Source: Eledone cirrhosa
Lineage: Eukaryota
Reading direction: 5' to 3'
Length of the DNA stretch: 64,000 nt
Assembly: GCA_964016885.1 (NCBI GenBank)
Contig: OZ024745.1
Span: 49,600,001-49,664,000 of the forward strand
In this document: positions 12,270-26,709 of the stretch, one piece after another
Layout of the letters: each line of letters starts with the position of its first letter
Position numbering within the stretch: the first letter of the stretch is position 1
Made by a program: the position numbers and the translations under genes
Notes under the pieces: generated by a model
Databases searched by the model: none
Told to the model about the DNA's origin: nothing
The model's input: only the letters and a program-made list of their open reading frames with translations

Positions 12270-15200
12270 TAAGGATAAGGACTTTTTAAGTTGTCCAAAA
12301 ATGCGCATGGCTGGCTATTCAGACCACAAGTTAGTGACCTGCATGGTCAACCTTGACAGAACGCATAGACAGGGACCCGGTTACTGGAAGCTCAACTTGT
12401 CCTTACCGGCAAGTAAGGCTTACAGGGACCGGATTAGCACTTAAGTTAAGGAGCGGTTGACCGGCGCCATCGTCAACAGCAGGTGGTGGGGATCTCTCAA
12501 AAGTGAGATTAGAGTAGTCTCTATAGAATTTAGTAAGGAGTTAGCCTCAAATAGAAATAGGAAGGAAAGGGAGTTGGTAGATAGTGTAGAAGAGGCAATT
12601 AGAAGCGACGACGTGGCCAGAGTGCTAGCGTCGAGAACGGCCCTGGGCCAGTTCTTCGACGCGAAACACGAAGGCTGCATCGTCCGAAGCAATATACGTG
12701 CTCTGGGAAACGAGGGGACCAAAGCTGTTAGCTGGGCCCGCGTGACAGAAGCCAAAAGAGGGAGTAGATCCACTATCCGGTCTTTGCGAGACCAGGATGG
12801 ACGGGTGATCCTTGAACCTAAGCAGATGTGCGAGGCCTTTCAAAGGCACTTTGCCAGATTGTTCAGAATGGGCGGGGAGCCGGTTGGGGAAGTGGACTTC
12901 AGTCCATACCTCGACGGCCTGCCGCGTCTCTCGGACAGGGAGGCGAAGTCCTGCGAGGAGCCGATTTCAGCCGCTGAGATAGAGGACGTGCTGAGCCAAT
13001 GCGGCAAACGCAAATCCCCAGGTCTCGATGGTCTTCCATACGAACTATATCTAGCTATGCCGGACTTGTTCGCCGATCTCCTCGAGGCGTCTACTGTAAC
13101 TGGCAACAGAACGGGAGAATTCCCTGTGCTGTGATCAAGGTCGTAGTCACGCTAGTGAGGAAGGACGAGAACAAGGGGGACGGTATAAATAATTTCAGGC
13201 CCATAATTCTGCTAAATACAGAGTTACAGATTTTGGCCAAGGTGCTAGCAAAGAGGTTGGCGCTTACGTGGGCAACCTGGTGGGAGAGGCGAAGACATGT
13301 GCTATCCCGTCCAGATCCACCCACGACAACCTCCACCTCATGCGATACATCATAGAGAGGGTTGGGAACGAACCCGGCTTTGGTGGGGCCCTGATCAACT
13401 TGGATCAATCTAAGGCGTTCGATAGGGTCGACCGTGGTTACCTGGATGCGGTGCTAGCGGCGGCAGGCTTCGGACCCGTTTTCAGGGGCTGGATCAATGC
13501 CATGCACAGCAGCCGCATCTGCTCTAGGGTCAAGGTGAACGGCTACCTCTCGGAGCCGTTCGAAATCGCGCGGTCCATCCGACAAGGGAGCCCTCTCTCT
13601 CCCCTTCTGTATGTAATGACTCTAGAGCCACTGCTGCGGAAATTGGAGTTGTTGCAGGGCATCCCGTTGGAACCGGGATTGCGGAAAGCGGTGTCGGCCT
13701 ACGCCGATGACGTAACAGTAATGGTGTTGACGGCCTCGGAAATCGGGGCGATCGGCACCTTACTGGAGGAGTACGAAAGGTTTACAGGGGCTAAGCTGAA
13801 CCGGGACAAGTCGATCGGTCTGCAACTCGGCACGTGGAGGGGCAGATCGATGCCCTCCGATGGCGTCGTCGGGCGCTGGACGGAGGGCCCGGTGAAGTTG
13901 CTCGGGGTCAGGTTCGGACCAGACCTCCAGGTGGAGAAGAACTGGGGTGAGGTAACGAACAGTGTGTTTGCACTGACCCAGAAGTGGGCCGAGTGCAAAC
14001 TGTCCCTGAAAGGTCGGGCGGAGGTGGCGAACACTTATATAGCGTCCGTCATCTACTACCGCCTGAACGTTGTGCCTTGACCAAGGGAAACGCTCACCAA
14101 AATGGAGCGCGCACTCTTCCACTTCCTTTGGAAGAAGCGGGCTCCTATGGTGGGGAGATCCATCTGCTGTCAACACCCTTTGAAAGGAGGGCTGGGGATG
14201 CCGTGGCTAATTATACGTAAACACGCATTAAGGCTACGGCACCTCCAGGTGTGGGCCCCGTTTGTGAGGTGAGCCTTTCCCAGACTCGTCTCGCTCACCG
14301 AGATGCAATCCTGGGTCAAGCAAAGACCGAGAAAACTGGGCGCCTGGCACACCGAGTGTGCCCAGGCCCTGACGGCTCTCTGGCAGGCGGACCCGGCTGT
14401 CAGTGGAGAATCCACCTCGTCATTCTATAGAGGGCTGGTGGTTAGCAGGTGCGACGACGCCCTCGGAGAAGCCCTAGACATGGAGGAAGACGAACTGGCC
14501 AACCTGTTCGGTAGGACATTCAGCCCGGGACCCATGGATAACTTCCAGAGGTCCCTGGCCTGGCAGTGCTACCGAGGGGCTCTACCCGTTCGAGAAAGGC
14601 TCTACAGACACGGGCACCCGGGTAGGGACCCCTCGAAAAAGATCTGTCCTAGATGTGTGTGCGACGAGGAAACCGTTGCACACGCATTGGTACACTGCTC
14701 GGGCATTGCCGATCTGTGGGGCTATGTCGAACAACTGCTGTCAGGGGTGGGACCGATCCGGTTGACCACCGAGTCTATTGTAACGATCAAGCCGCCTCCC
14801 CTCTTCAAAAACGAAGGAGAGGCGGTGTTTCTGTGCGTAATAGCCATGGCGAAAGAGGTTGTATGGTGGACGCGTCTGAAAGGACTGAGGTCAGACACCT
14901 TTCTCTCTGGCCAACAACTGGTCCGTTTCTTCCGATATCATTTCGGAAGAAGGATCAGGATGGAGAGAGAGGTGCTGCACCCCAGCCGTTTTTATGAAAG
15001 ATGGGTAAAAGTGGCGAGAATGGCAGACTATAGGTGAGGAAGATAAAAGATCAAGTGAGCACCCCCTCTCTGTGCTCCTGAGGAGAAGGGTTGCACACTT
15101 TTTTTGGGGGGGGGGGGGCGACCCCCCAAGGCGCCTCCTCCTTATTGAGGATTTTGTTATTAAATTTATTTTTGTTATGTTGTATTTTATTTTTATATCT

Positions 15201-15299
15201 TCTTATTGCCTCCTCCTTATTGAGGACGCCTTTTCATGTAAACTCCCCCCATTGTACTTGTCCCACTTTTTGATGCCCTGGTGGCAAATAAAAAGAAAG
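12270..15299 (+). mobile_element. 5'-truncated Tx1/L1-clade non-LTR retrotransposon (ORF2 pseudogene)
   Basis: APE C-terminus YSDH plus YWKLN; KSPGLDG; RT motifs FRPIILLN, LDQSKAFDRV, IRQGSPLSPLLY and YADD; C-terminal CPRC...ETVAHALVHC. Frameshifts near 13090 and 13270, stops at 12442, 14078 and 14270. AATAAA at about 15287. GC-rich relative to its flanks. Confidence 0.93.
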
Positions 15300-15937
15300 T
15301 TATCTATCTCTATATATATGTGTATGTGTCCCTATCTACCTACCTACATTCCTCTCTCTCTCTATCTATCTGTTTGCCTGTCTAGATACCTTGTGTAATA
15401 TGAGAGTCATGGCATCAGGTGCCGATATTGTTCATGCAACAATAGACATCATTGCAGTAAGACCTGATCGACTGTAGCTAGTGTACATTTTATAGAGAAC
15501 TATTATTGCAGCAATGTGTTTACTATCTGTTTGTATTCTTGTAATATAGCACTTCGACAAATTGAGATCGATAAAATACGAAATTAATTTATTATGTTAT
15601 GTCCTGGGATCGAGATGATCAAATAAATATCCTTGAAGATGGTGCCCCAGCATTGGCCTTAGTCCAATGACGGAAGCCAGCAAAAGAATTTCATTTCATT
15701 TTTGTTAAAATTATATTTCAAAGTTGTACTGGTAAGTGACTTGATCTGAGACCGTGTGTTGAAACTAAAACAATTACAGTGCGAAGGGTCACTTTACTTT
15801 ACTTCATATATTTTTCATTTATTTCTTGGTGTCAACATTTTTATAGCATAAAATACATGATAAATGTACAATAAAGTGAACTTATCTGTCTTTGTGTGTT
15901 TTGAATGGCTGAAATGATTCTTATAAGATATCAATGT

Positions 15938-16230
<293 letters not shown>

Positions 16231-16714
16231 GAGAGAGAGCACAAATAAAATTAGATTTAGACAGAAAAAAAATCAGATAGCAAAATTACAAATACATTTC
16301 ATACATAAATTTCCTCCTCTTACATCTATTTGCATAGGGAATATCCATTAATGCTGTCTATTATTTTGTTTTTGCTCGCTTATTTGCTTGCCCTGGAAAC
16401 ATTTCCCAGCTAAATGTTCAAATAATGTGAAATCTGATCTGGTTTTCCTAATAATTATTGTAACCTACTTTAGACCTGTTGCTTGTTCGCTTTTGTTGAC
16501 CATCTCATTTAGCTAAAGGTTTTCAAAGACTTGAATCAATTTGTACGTGTAGTTAATTAAAGGGGGGAAAATGACAAATGCATCCGGCAAGTTCCTTTTC
16601 ACAATGCACATTGGGAAACAGAACCGTTTAACAGATGTCGGGTGGCTTTCCGTCTTACCTACTCTTATTTTCTGTCTCTTCCTTTCTCTCTGTCAGTCTA
16701 TCTATCTGTATCTT

Positions 16715-16784
<70 letters not shown>

Positions 16785-19149
16785 GGCAGTAGGTATGTAT
16801 GTATGTATGTATGTATCTTCCGTTCTGTGCTCTTGTAAGTCTATAAAGGAAATGCCAGTGTAACCTGATAATACTGGTTAGGGTGTCTTTACTGCAAATG
16901 ACCTTTGATCACATGTTGGATTTCAATGGGGTCCCAAACTAGTTCAAATCCCTACGGTAATGAATGGAAAGACATATAGTGTGAAAATAAAAGAAAAAAA
17001 TCGTCTACTCATATACTATATGAGAATCTACGCACAACCTCAAATGTAGTTTAAATCAGAGACGTGGCTGAGAGATTAAAAACTTCGCTTCACAATCCTA
17101 CGGTGCCGGGTTCGGTCCCACCACATGGCATCTTGGGCGAGTGGAAACCCATCAGATGGGTTGTACCAGTAATTCAAACAGTCGTAGTGTCACGCTTATG
17201 CTGCCTGGTATGTATCAATGGAATACTTAACCCCTTACACGTTAATTCACGAGTTCAGTTTTTCTAGCACCTGTACTCCCATAACCGAAATTGACGGAAA
17301 ATCAATCATCACCATATTCATTCAAACTAATTTTAAGATTAGTTAATTTGTGATTTAAATTGTTGTATGTCAGTCATGGGAGTTAACTACTGACCAAGAT
17401 ATATCTCCTTTTCACTGTATTGTAAATATTTGATAAATATATTTGATAAAATGTAAGATTGAATCATAGGGTATAACCACAATTCACATCTTTCGCTGTA
17501 TTGTAAGTACATATGAAAGGAAATAATATTCAATGGTTATTGAAATGATAATTATATAGCATGAAGCTTTTTGAATTCAAAATGGTGTTTTATATGCAAA
17601 TTAACTGGTAAAACTTTTACGTAGCTGCTATATTTACCATCTGATATTGTAATAATATTTATATTACCTGACAAAGTATTAAGTTTTTTCTTACTTATTC
17701 TATGTATATAATCATTACACGGAAATTCCACTTGCAATCATATGGTTTCGAGTTCTCATTGCGAGAAATTTTGGGCAAGTATCTTTTATAAGCCTCGCGC
17801 CTCACGCTGATGACCTTTTGAGTACAATCGGAAGATGGAAACTGTACAGATGACCATTGTGTATATATATATATGGGTATATATATATATGTGTGTGTAT
17901 GTTTGCTTGTGCCATTGCTTCACATTTATCACAGTAATTCGCCATGCGAAAATCGGTAACTTTCTTAAGACCGGGTGAGAATTGACATCAGGAAAGACTC
18001 GTTCAACTGATGCTAACATGGAAAGGCGTTTTTAAAAAAACAATGATATATATATATTTAAAAGCTTTGATATTTTTGTAAAATATTGTTTTAAAAAACT
18101 GATAACAAATCACAAATGAACAAATTGTCACGTTTTGAAATTTAACAATCCTTAAATGTGTATCATCTCATCACAAGCATCCTACAGCAATATTTTGTAA
18201 ATCATATTTTAAATCTGTCTGAAAATAATTATCACGCAGTGTTTTCTAAAAAAATATTTTGTCAGGTAGCTATAACTCTCATCTAATTGTGTTATAACAA
18301 ATAGCTATTTCTTTTTTAAAAAATCATTTTCCTTCCTCGCATTTGTAAATCAGTTTTCTGATTCGCTATTTTTACACTGAAATCCTAACCACATTAAAAC
18401 AATTTTAGCTAAATTCATGAATATGATATTTTGAAAAGGATTTTCGCGAAGATGAAAAACAATTTGAATATTATAAAATGAAACAAATACATGTACATAT
18501 TAGTTTTGTTTTCTAGAAAAAGATTATTTCCAAATGCCACAAAAGTCTTCAAATGTCACTTACTATCATCTGTCTCTAAATCTAGGAATCGATGGTCAGT
18601 TTTAAAGACCAACATCTCTAAAAGGTTGTGTCTAACAATATCATAAGAAGCTCATTTTACTGAAATTATGATAGCCAAAAAGAAAAGTGTAACCATTTTT
18701 AAAGAAAAAAAATTGTTATTGAAATATTATTTTGTGAAAGTTCGATATTTTAGTCATTACATAAATTCATCATTGAAACCCATTCAAGTGTCAAAAGGTC
18801 GAGAAAATATTTAGAAAACAAATGTCGAGTGGAATAAAATAACTTTTTAATTGGACTATTCTTAACTGAACCAAAGGTTCATTCATTTGTTATTCAGAAG
18901 AATAATCATTCTGTAATATTATACATGTTTGCTTACTTTAATGTTTCTTTTTTTTTTATAATTATTCATTTCACCGTTGTTATATAAATGAATCGTTTGT
19001 TTTAAAAGTATCATTTATTTCACAAGGCTCAAAGTTTAATATTTTTAAAGAATTGTAAATGGGTGGCTATGACATTGATGCCCTTTTAAGGTGATATGAA
19101 ACCAAACGAAAATAGAGTCATGGGTAGAACTAGGTGCTTTTCAAAAAAT

Positions 19150-19890
19150 ACATTGCTGTCTCCATTTTATGTCGAAAAAACTGACCCTGGATAGAACTAC
19201 TCTCTGAGAAATCGTGGGAGTACTGCCAAGAGGTGTAGTTTTGCTTTGTAGACCTCGAAAAGGCATATGATTGTTTTCCATGGGACCTGCTGTGGAAGGT
19301 TGATTCTGCAGCATATCTCTATACGAATGCAGAGTATTTGTGTTCGGATAAAAGCTTCTAAATAGAAACCATTCAATGTGGGAGTCGGACTCCGCCAAGG
19401 ATGTGTACTGTCAACTCTCCTATTCATTATTTTCTTGAACAGGATTGACATGCGCAGCCAGGTTGGAAGTGGTATCATGACTGGCAGATATAGGATCAGT
19501 TGGTTGGAATTTGCAGACGATATTATATTACTTAACCCAAAATAAGGTAATTTCCGACTTGGACTTGATAGGTTTGATGCTACGAAGACTGAGAAACTCG
19601 CCCTTCCAAAGATGCCTATGCAGTGCACTGTATGTGTGAATGGAGTTCCACTGAAGCAGGTGTAGTATTTCAAGTATCTCGGGTTGTGTTCACGAGTGAC
19701 GGAAGGCAGGAGGCTGAATTAAGTGCAATAATTGCAGGAACTGAGACAGTAATGCGCCGGCTTTAGCATTCAGTAATCAGAAGAAGGGAGGTAGGTGTAA
19801 AAGCCAAACTCACTATCTTGAATTTGGTATTTGTGCTAATCCTTACTTATAGTCATGAATCTTGGGTAATGACCGAAAGAATATGATCGA
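19150..19890 (+). pseudogene. Degenerate RTE-like LINE reverse transcriptase fragment
   Basis: PFNVGVGLRQGCVLSTLLFIIF, EFADDI, FKYLG and ILTYSHESW patches with stops and frameshifts. Confidence 0.8.
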
Positions 19891-20045
19891 AATTTTACTA
19901 ACAACCCATTCACTTGGAAATATATATCTCCGTGAATGTTATACACTTTTACAGAGAGAAATTAATAATATATCAATATTTCACACAAACTGTTATTTTA
20001 TTAATTATAGCTATCTATCAATTGATGACTAGGAGTATTTCTTCG

Positions 20046-20240
20046 CTAACCTGCCAACCTCTAAAAACACAAACGAGGAGTGCCATGAAAAAAAGTGTCT
20101 GAAAAGGGGGAGAAATGAGGCAAAATGGAGAGATTTTACATAATGAAATCTATACCCAATTTCACAAGAGAAGAGATCTCTCACCCACCCCAAAGTGGGT
20201 GGGAGATCTCCCCGTCGAACAGGGAGAGTTGACAGGTCTG
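20046..20240 (+). mobile_element. hAT-type MITE with 6-bp TSD (TCTTCG)
   Basis: Imperfect TIR ..ACCTGCCAAC / GTTGACAGGTCTG. TCTTCG at 20040-20045 and 20241-20246. Confidence 0.85.
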
Positions 20241-21828
20241 TCTTCGGCCGACACAAATTGGGAAATTTGACGCCCACGTTATTTCTAGCTGAATGTAACT
20301 GAAGTGAAATAACTACATGAATCGAAACTGATTTTCAGCTTTACGGTGTTTGCAAAAAGACCGGGTATAAATGTAATTAAGGGAGAATGAGATAAAAATC
20401 AAGGAGAAGGGTAATACACTTCAGTTTATATGCATTGTAGCGTAAAGCTATCCTTTGTTTTTTTTTCTTTTGTAAGCACATTTCAACAATAACAGAAAGT
20501 AGACTGTTTAATGAAATATAGTGAAGTAGCAGAACGCTTCTATGTAGGGTAGGGGGATATATAGATAAAATTATCAATAGTTAATCATTCGAATTTATTA
20601 TAGCATAAATGAGATGTCCCTTGCATCAATGGTTAATTGTAATGAATTGAACAGCTGTTCATTGAGTTTGGCAGCTGTACTAAGAAGAGATTGGGTGGCT
20701 TGATTAAATAGCTTATATTCTATATTACTTGCCATCTAAATGTTATAGCACATTAATATTGCTGATTATCTCAGCTGCCCAAATTCTTACGTCAGTGTAT
20801 TATCGATAAACCACAAACATAAAATAATAGGCTTTTGATTGTTGTTTTTTTTTTGGGGGGGGGGGGGGGGTCAAGTAGATTGTGTTAGAGCTTCAATGGC
20901 AGAACCATGTGGAAAATGGCACGTAAATTCATGGTAAAGTGAAGATACTTAAATAAAAGTGCAATGATGTTTTTGAATAATTAACCAAGTTTCTGTTTCG
21001 CGATTCGTGTGTTGATTGATCGGAAAATCTCCACATACAGAGCACAGAAATGGCTGTTTGGTAAAGAAGTTTCTTTTCGCAATCTCGTGGTTTTGGGTTC
21101 AATACCAGAGAGTGGCATCTTGTAGAAGTATCTCCTAACATGGCTATGGGTCAACCAACGTCTTTTAAGTAAAATTTGGTAGACGAAAAGTGTGTGGAAA
21201 CCCGTTCGGGAGACTACTATTTGAGGTCATAGATTTAAGTAGTCGCCAAGTTTAACGCCACCACCTGGCACACTGAAGGACCAAAATGTCAATAAGGACT
21301 ATAGGTAGAAGGCTGACTTCCTAGAAATAGCAGTCAAATCTCTTTCAAATCACGCTCTATCGTCCTTTAAAAATGGAATGACATGTCGGATAATGTTGTC
21401 TAAGATGAACTATGTCTATAAAAAAAAAACCCAGAAAAGTTATGGCTGGGTGGATTTTAATATAAGGTCTGATCTATCAGGACCCTCTTGTCTTGAGGTT
21501 AAACAACTCCATTTCGTAGGGAGAGGTATCACATTGTTCTGACCCTAAAACATATTTCGAATTAAACGTAGATTGCCAGTTATCTGCTCAAGAATGGTTT
21601 TAGGAAAATAAGCGGTAAGATAGGCTCACTGATTCCCAAAACAAGGAACGCCAGTCATCAGATTGGGCCGTTGTTTCCCGGCATAAAGAACAACCTGAAA
21701 TCAGTGTTTTGCTGAAGAACACAGCGCGCTGCCAGGTCCAGGAATCGAACCCATCACCTTATGACTGTGAGTCCAACACCTTAACCACTAGGTCATGTGT
21801 TTCCACTTTCCAAAAATTCTTGTATCGC

Positions 21829-22500
21829 CGGTGAGTTTCACTGAAAACGACACCCTTTGTTTCGGCTTTGAGTATGATTGTTTACTATATACACCTTCAG
21901 GGCGGTGAGTTTCACTGAAAACGACACCCTTTGTTTCGGCTTTGAGTATGATTGTTTACTATATACACCTTCAGGGCGGTGAGTTTCACTAAAAACGACA
22001 CCCTTTGTTTCGGCTTTGAGTATGATTGTTTACTATATACACCTTCAGGGCGGTGAGTTTCACTAAAAACGACACCCTTTGTTTCGGCTTTGAGTATGAT
22101 TGTTTACTATATACACCTTCAGGGCGGTGAGTTTCACTAAAAACGACACCCTTTGTTTCGGCTTTGAGTATGATTGTTTACTATATACACCTTCAGGGCG
22201 GTGAGTTTCACTAAAAACGACACCCTTTGTTTCGGCTTTGAGTATGATTGTTTACTATATACACCTTCAGGGCGGTGAGTTTCACTGAAAACGACACCCT
22301 TTGTTTCGGCTTTGTGTATGATTGTTTACTATATACACCTTCAGGGCGGTGAGTTTCACTGAAAACGACACCCTTTGTTTCGGCTTTGTGTATGATTGTT
22401 TACTATATACACCTTCAGGGCGGTGAGTTTCACTGAAAACGACACCCTTTGTTTCGGCTTTGAGTATGATTGTTTACTATATACACCTTCAGGGCGGTGA
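21829..22500 (+). repeat. Minisatellite, 9 x 74 bp, near-identical units
   Basis: Unit CGGTGAGTTTCACTRAAAACGACACCCTTTGTTTCGGCTTTGWGTATGATTGTTTACTATATACACCTTCAGGG, starting at 21829, 21903, 21977 ... 22421. Confidence 0.97.
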
Positions 22501-22692
22501 TTGGTAGAATAGTTGGACTGTCGGAGCTTTGCTGTCGTTCTTTACGTTCTGAGTTCAAATCGCGTCGATGTCAACTTTACCTTTCATCCTTTCGGGTCGA
22601 TAAAATAAAGTGCTAGTCAAGTACTGGAGTCGATATAAACGACTTTCCTCTCATCAATTTGCTGATCTTGTGCCTAAATTAGAAGCCATTAT
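22492..22692 (+). mobile_element. tRNA-derived SINE adjoining the minisatellite
   Basis: GGGCGGTGATTGG head, GAGTTCAAAT, core and tail. Confidence 0.8.
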
Positions 22693-23847
22693 ATAGACCT
22701 TCAATTAGGAAATCTGTTTTCAAACAGTAAATAGTAAAAATAGCAAGATTTTGAAAATTACTGGCTGTGGTTTGTAAGAAGTATATTCTCACTTATACCT
22801 CAAATTATTTTTCTCGGTGTGCAACAAATTGACTTGATAATAGATGGTTGCTAAGTCAAAGTATACTCACACAATAAGATATTAGAAATCTAACCTGCTG
22901 AACATTCTTCTTACTTCGTTGTCTGTGTATGTAATAAATGGAAAATAAATAGATATTTTTGATTATTGATTAACGATGATGCAGTTCGCACAGCTGGTTA
23001 GAATTTCCAATTCATCAACTTCATTTTTCCCTTCCTCTAAAAATTTCCTCCAGACATATTGAAATACATCAATCAACTATCAGAGGAAGGTGTGTTTATT
23101 GATTACAAACTCTACCCTTACTCAACTATGATTAAAACTACAGTTTGTTTTTGATAACATCGTTTTTTTCTATTACTGATTTGATTTTCGATGTGGTAAA
23201 AAAACCAACAACCTAATTTTAGTGATTTAAACTGAACAAAATGTGGAAGCCGAAAAATTTAAATGCAGCAGATCGTAAGCAAACTAGCATATTGATTATA
23301 CAGAACGAATTGAAATTCGATTAAAGCAGCCTTTTCTTTTAAAATGTAATTATTTTGTAAATATGTTTATTTTGTTTGGGTTGCTTCATTTCCAGGGAAA
23401 CTTTTAAAAAAAGTTAAAGATTTATACATTCTCAAGCCAGTGTCAATCTTAACTTGGATGGGATAAGATTGGAGAAGATCTATTCATTGAATATTGTTCG
23501 AAATTTTACTTTAGATATTTTACATGGGATTTAACAATAAAAAAAAACTTAACCAGTAAAGAATCTGATACAATAAGAAATGTGATTTCAAATAGGACAG
23601 AATGAGACTAAGATATTGGTGTCGATAGTTATTACATAATCAACGCCGTGTAGATTGTTAGAACGTCGGAGAAAATTCATACCGGTATGAGTTTCGGATC
23701 TTTATGTTTTGTGTTAAAATTTCGTCAAAATCAAATTTGCTTTCCATACTTCAGGGGATCGATGATAAAATAAAGTACCAGTCAAATACTGGGGGGGGGG
23801 TCAATTTAATGCACTTGCTCCTCTCACCCAAATTACTGGCCTTGTGT

Positions 23848-24006
23848 CAGACCTGAAAACGTTTAAAAACCCAAACGGGGAGTAGCATGAAAAAAAGTGC
23901 CCGAAAACGGGGAGAAATGGGGCAAAATGGTGAGATTTTACATCTCTCACCCACCCCAAAGTGGGTGGGAGATCTCCCCGTCGAACTGGGAGAGTTGACA
24001 GGCCTG
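23848..24006 (+). mobile_element. hAT-type MITE (deleted copy) inserted in a SINE tail, 6-bp TSD TTGTGT
   Basis: CAGACCTG...CAGGCCTG ends; TTGTGT at 23842-23847 and 24007-24012; degenerate SINE upstream from about 23640. Confidence 0.85.
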
Positions 24007-24745
24007 TTGTGTCCACGAAAGAAATCATACGAAGATAAAACGTTTTTATTCATATAATGTAAAAGCCTTAATGATTTGTTATTTTTTCATTGTCAAGTAA
24101 ATATGCCATAGTAAAAATATAAAACCTTTCTTAAGAAAATGGTAGATGTTGACCGGATTGGTTGTAATGTGATGCCGCGTGATAAGGTATATTTTAATAA
24201 CATTTGCTAAAAATTATTACACGTGTTCTTTTCTATTATGTGAATAAATTTTCTCTCTAAAACAATTTTTTGTTACAATCAATATCTAATTAAAATGTGT
24301 GTATGGGAGAGGAAGGAGAGAGAAGTAGGGTGAAGATAGTCTATAAAATATAGGTATGGCTTCCTCGATAAAATAAGTTTTAAAACCACAAGTTTTGAGG
24401 TTAAAGACTATTTCGAAAGTTGACAAAATTTGTTTTTCTCTCAGACGAACAGACAACCTCAAAATGTTAGTAAACTCTTTTCTGTATGAATTTATGCAAT
24501 TTTACTGTATAATCTTTATTCGGATTTTACTGTCTGATTTTTACCGACGCTGATTTTTCTTCAGGTTCTGTTTTATACTTACAAGTGACTATCGCTGATC
24601 CCTTAACTTCTAATAAATTGCAGGAGCCCTGTCGTGATCATTTTAAAATTTAGTGACCATCTCTCTTTTCTAGATTTGACCACAGACGATTTATTCCAGA
24701 AAGAATGAAAATAAGCTAGTGAGAGTGAATGTACAAGAGAGAGCG

Positions 24746-24780
<35 letters not shown>

Positions 24781-26222
24781 TATATATATAGAGAGAGAGA
24801 GAGAGGATCGACAACAGTACTGTTACTGACACTTTATTTATCGATTCGGAAAGCATGAAAGGCAGCGTTGGCTTCGGTACAATTTGAACTCAGAGCACAC
24901 CGAGCCGAAATTAGTGTCGCCAAGCAGTCTAACTGGCACCCTAACGACTCAACCAATTCGCTACTCTAAACTAAAGATATTTGATGTCTATTCGTAAAAG
25001 AAAATGAAATGACAGGCTGTCGGAGTTGTTAGAGTGTAGGGCAAAATGCATTGTAGTATTTGTTCTGGTTCAAATTCTGTTGTGGCCAGAGTTGCCTTTC
25101 ATTCTTTTGGACTCGTTAAAATATCATAGCAGGGAGGTGGATTGTCGGAATTGTTTAAGAATCGGACAAGATACCTTTGCGGTATTTGTTCCGGCTCATC
25201 ACTCTCTTATTATTCCGATGTGGCTTCCTGGGGTGATACACTTAATCTGTCATCCGGTTTAACCCCACCACTTAACCCCTGACACCTGGGTGACTTTAGC
25301 AGTATCCACTCTGCTGCAAGCATTCGAACCAGATCTCTGATATTGAGGATACCGTCATGCCCACCCCCCCCCAACCTATCTCGAAAGCCTTGGGAAGGGT
25401 CATTAACACTGCCCTTTCCTTTTCTGGTGAAATAGTAATTTAAAACAAAATAAAGCTTTGGAGTTTTCAAATTATTTCATCTGATTGCTTTAATAAATGT
25501 GTATGGAGAGAGAGATCAGGTGCATTGGTTCTCACTTGATTCTCACTTTTGACTCCGGGATATTTTTCCCACACACCTCGGTAACTGACCCTGTTGTGAG
25601 AGACAGGACGCTTGGGGTGGAGATGGGCACTGCCAAATATTTCCAATGCCCACTGAAATACCATCATGGGCACATAGTCAAACTAGCTGCTCCAATTGCA
25701 AGAAATTGATTGATTGAATAGAAGAATTTCATTGCGAAGTTGTTGATCATTGAAGTTTTGTAACAAATATGTGTGTAGTTATTATGTCAACGTTTATTTT
25801 TACAGTCTCTCACAAAGTTGATGTCTTGCTACGACAAACGATAGATCTCAAATTTCACGACATCGCTGAAATCTTCATATTAGACATATCAAACAATTTA
25901 TAAATATATTTATTTGGCGTTAATCCAAGAACATATTAAGGTTTATATATAACAACTTCTCGCGAAAGGTTTGTTTACACACACACATACACACATCCTT
26001 CTTTCTGCCTTCACTTTCTCTCTCCATCTTTCTGTCACCCCCCCCCCCCCCTTCTCTCTCTCTCTCTTTTCTCCTTCTTTCTGTCTCTTTCTACCTCCCA
26101 TTCCATCTTTCTCTCACTCTCTCCTTCTTTCTCCGCCCCCCTCTCTCTCTCCACAATTAAGATGTCTTAAGGTAAAGCATTTGTTTCTTCCATAAATGTT
26201 CAACTCTTTGTTTCACTGTACC

Positions 26223-26253
<31 letters not shown>

Positions 26254-26633
26254 ACATTGCTTTTCGCTATTCAACAATCGTAACCTTCGGAAGCTCGGGG
26301 GGTGAAGGGAACAGGAAGGAAATAGTTTTTAGAGGGTGTATAGTTCCGGTGAAGAAGAAGAAGAAGAAGAAGAAGAAGAAGCAGAAGAAGATAAATGCCG
26401 TGAGTTGAATATTTGCTCAAGACATTATATCATGTGAGAGTGAGAGAGGGAGGGAAGTAAGATTGGTGAAATGCCTGCGTCTAGTTGGAGGTACCACTAT
26501 ATAACACTTATAATAATTTCCGGTGTATATTTTTATATTTCGTGAAGGTGAGGGCGAAAGGGGTGGGGGGTGCACTCAAACCACGAACAGAAAATAAGTC
26601 ATTGGGTGGAACTTAAGAATTAAAATGAAAGAT

Positions 26634-26705
<72 letters not shown>

Positions 26706-26709
<4 letters not shown>

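Noticed and set aside
21829-22500. CRISPR-like array
   Set aside because: Units are contiguous and near-identical with no unique spacers, there are no cas genes, and the context is eukaryotic.
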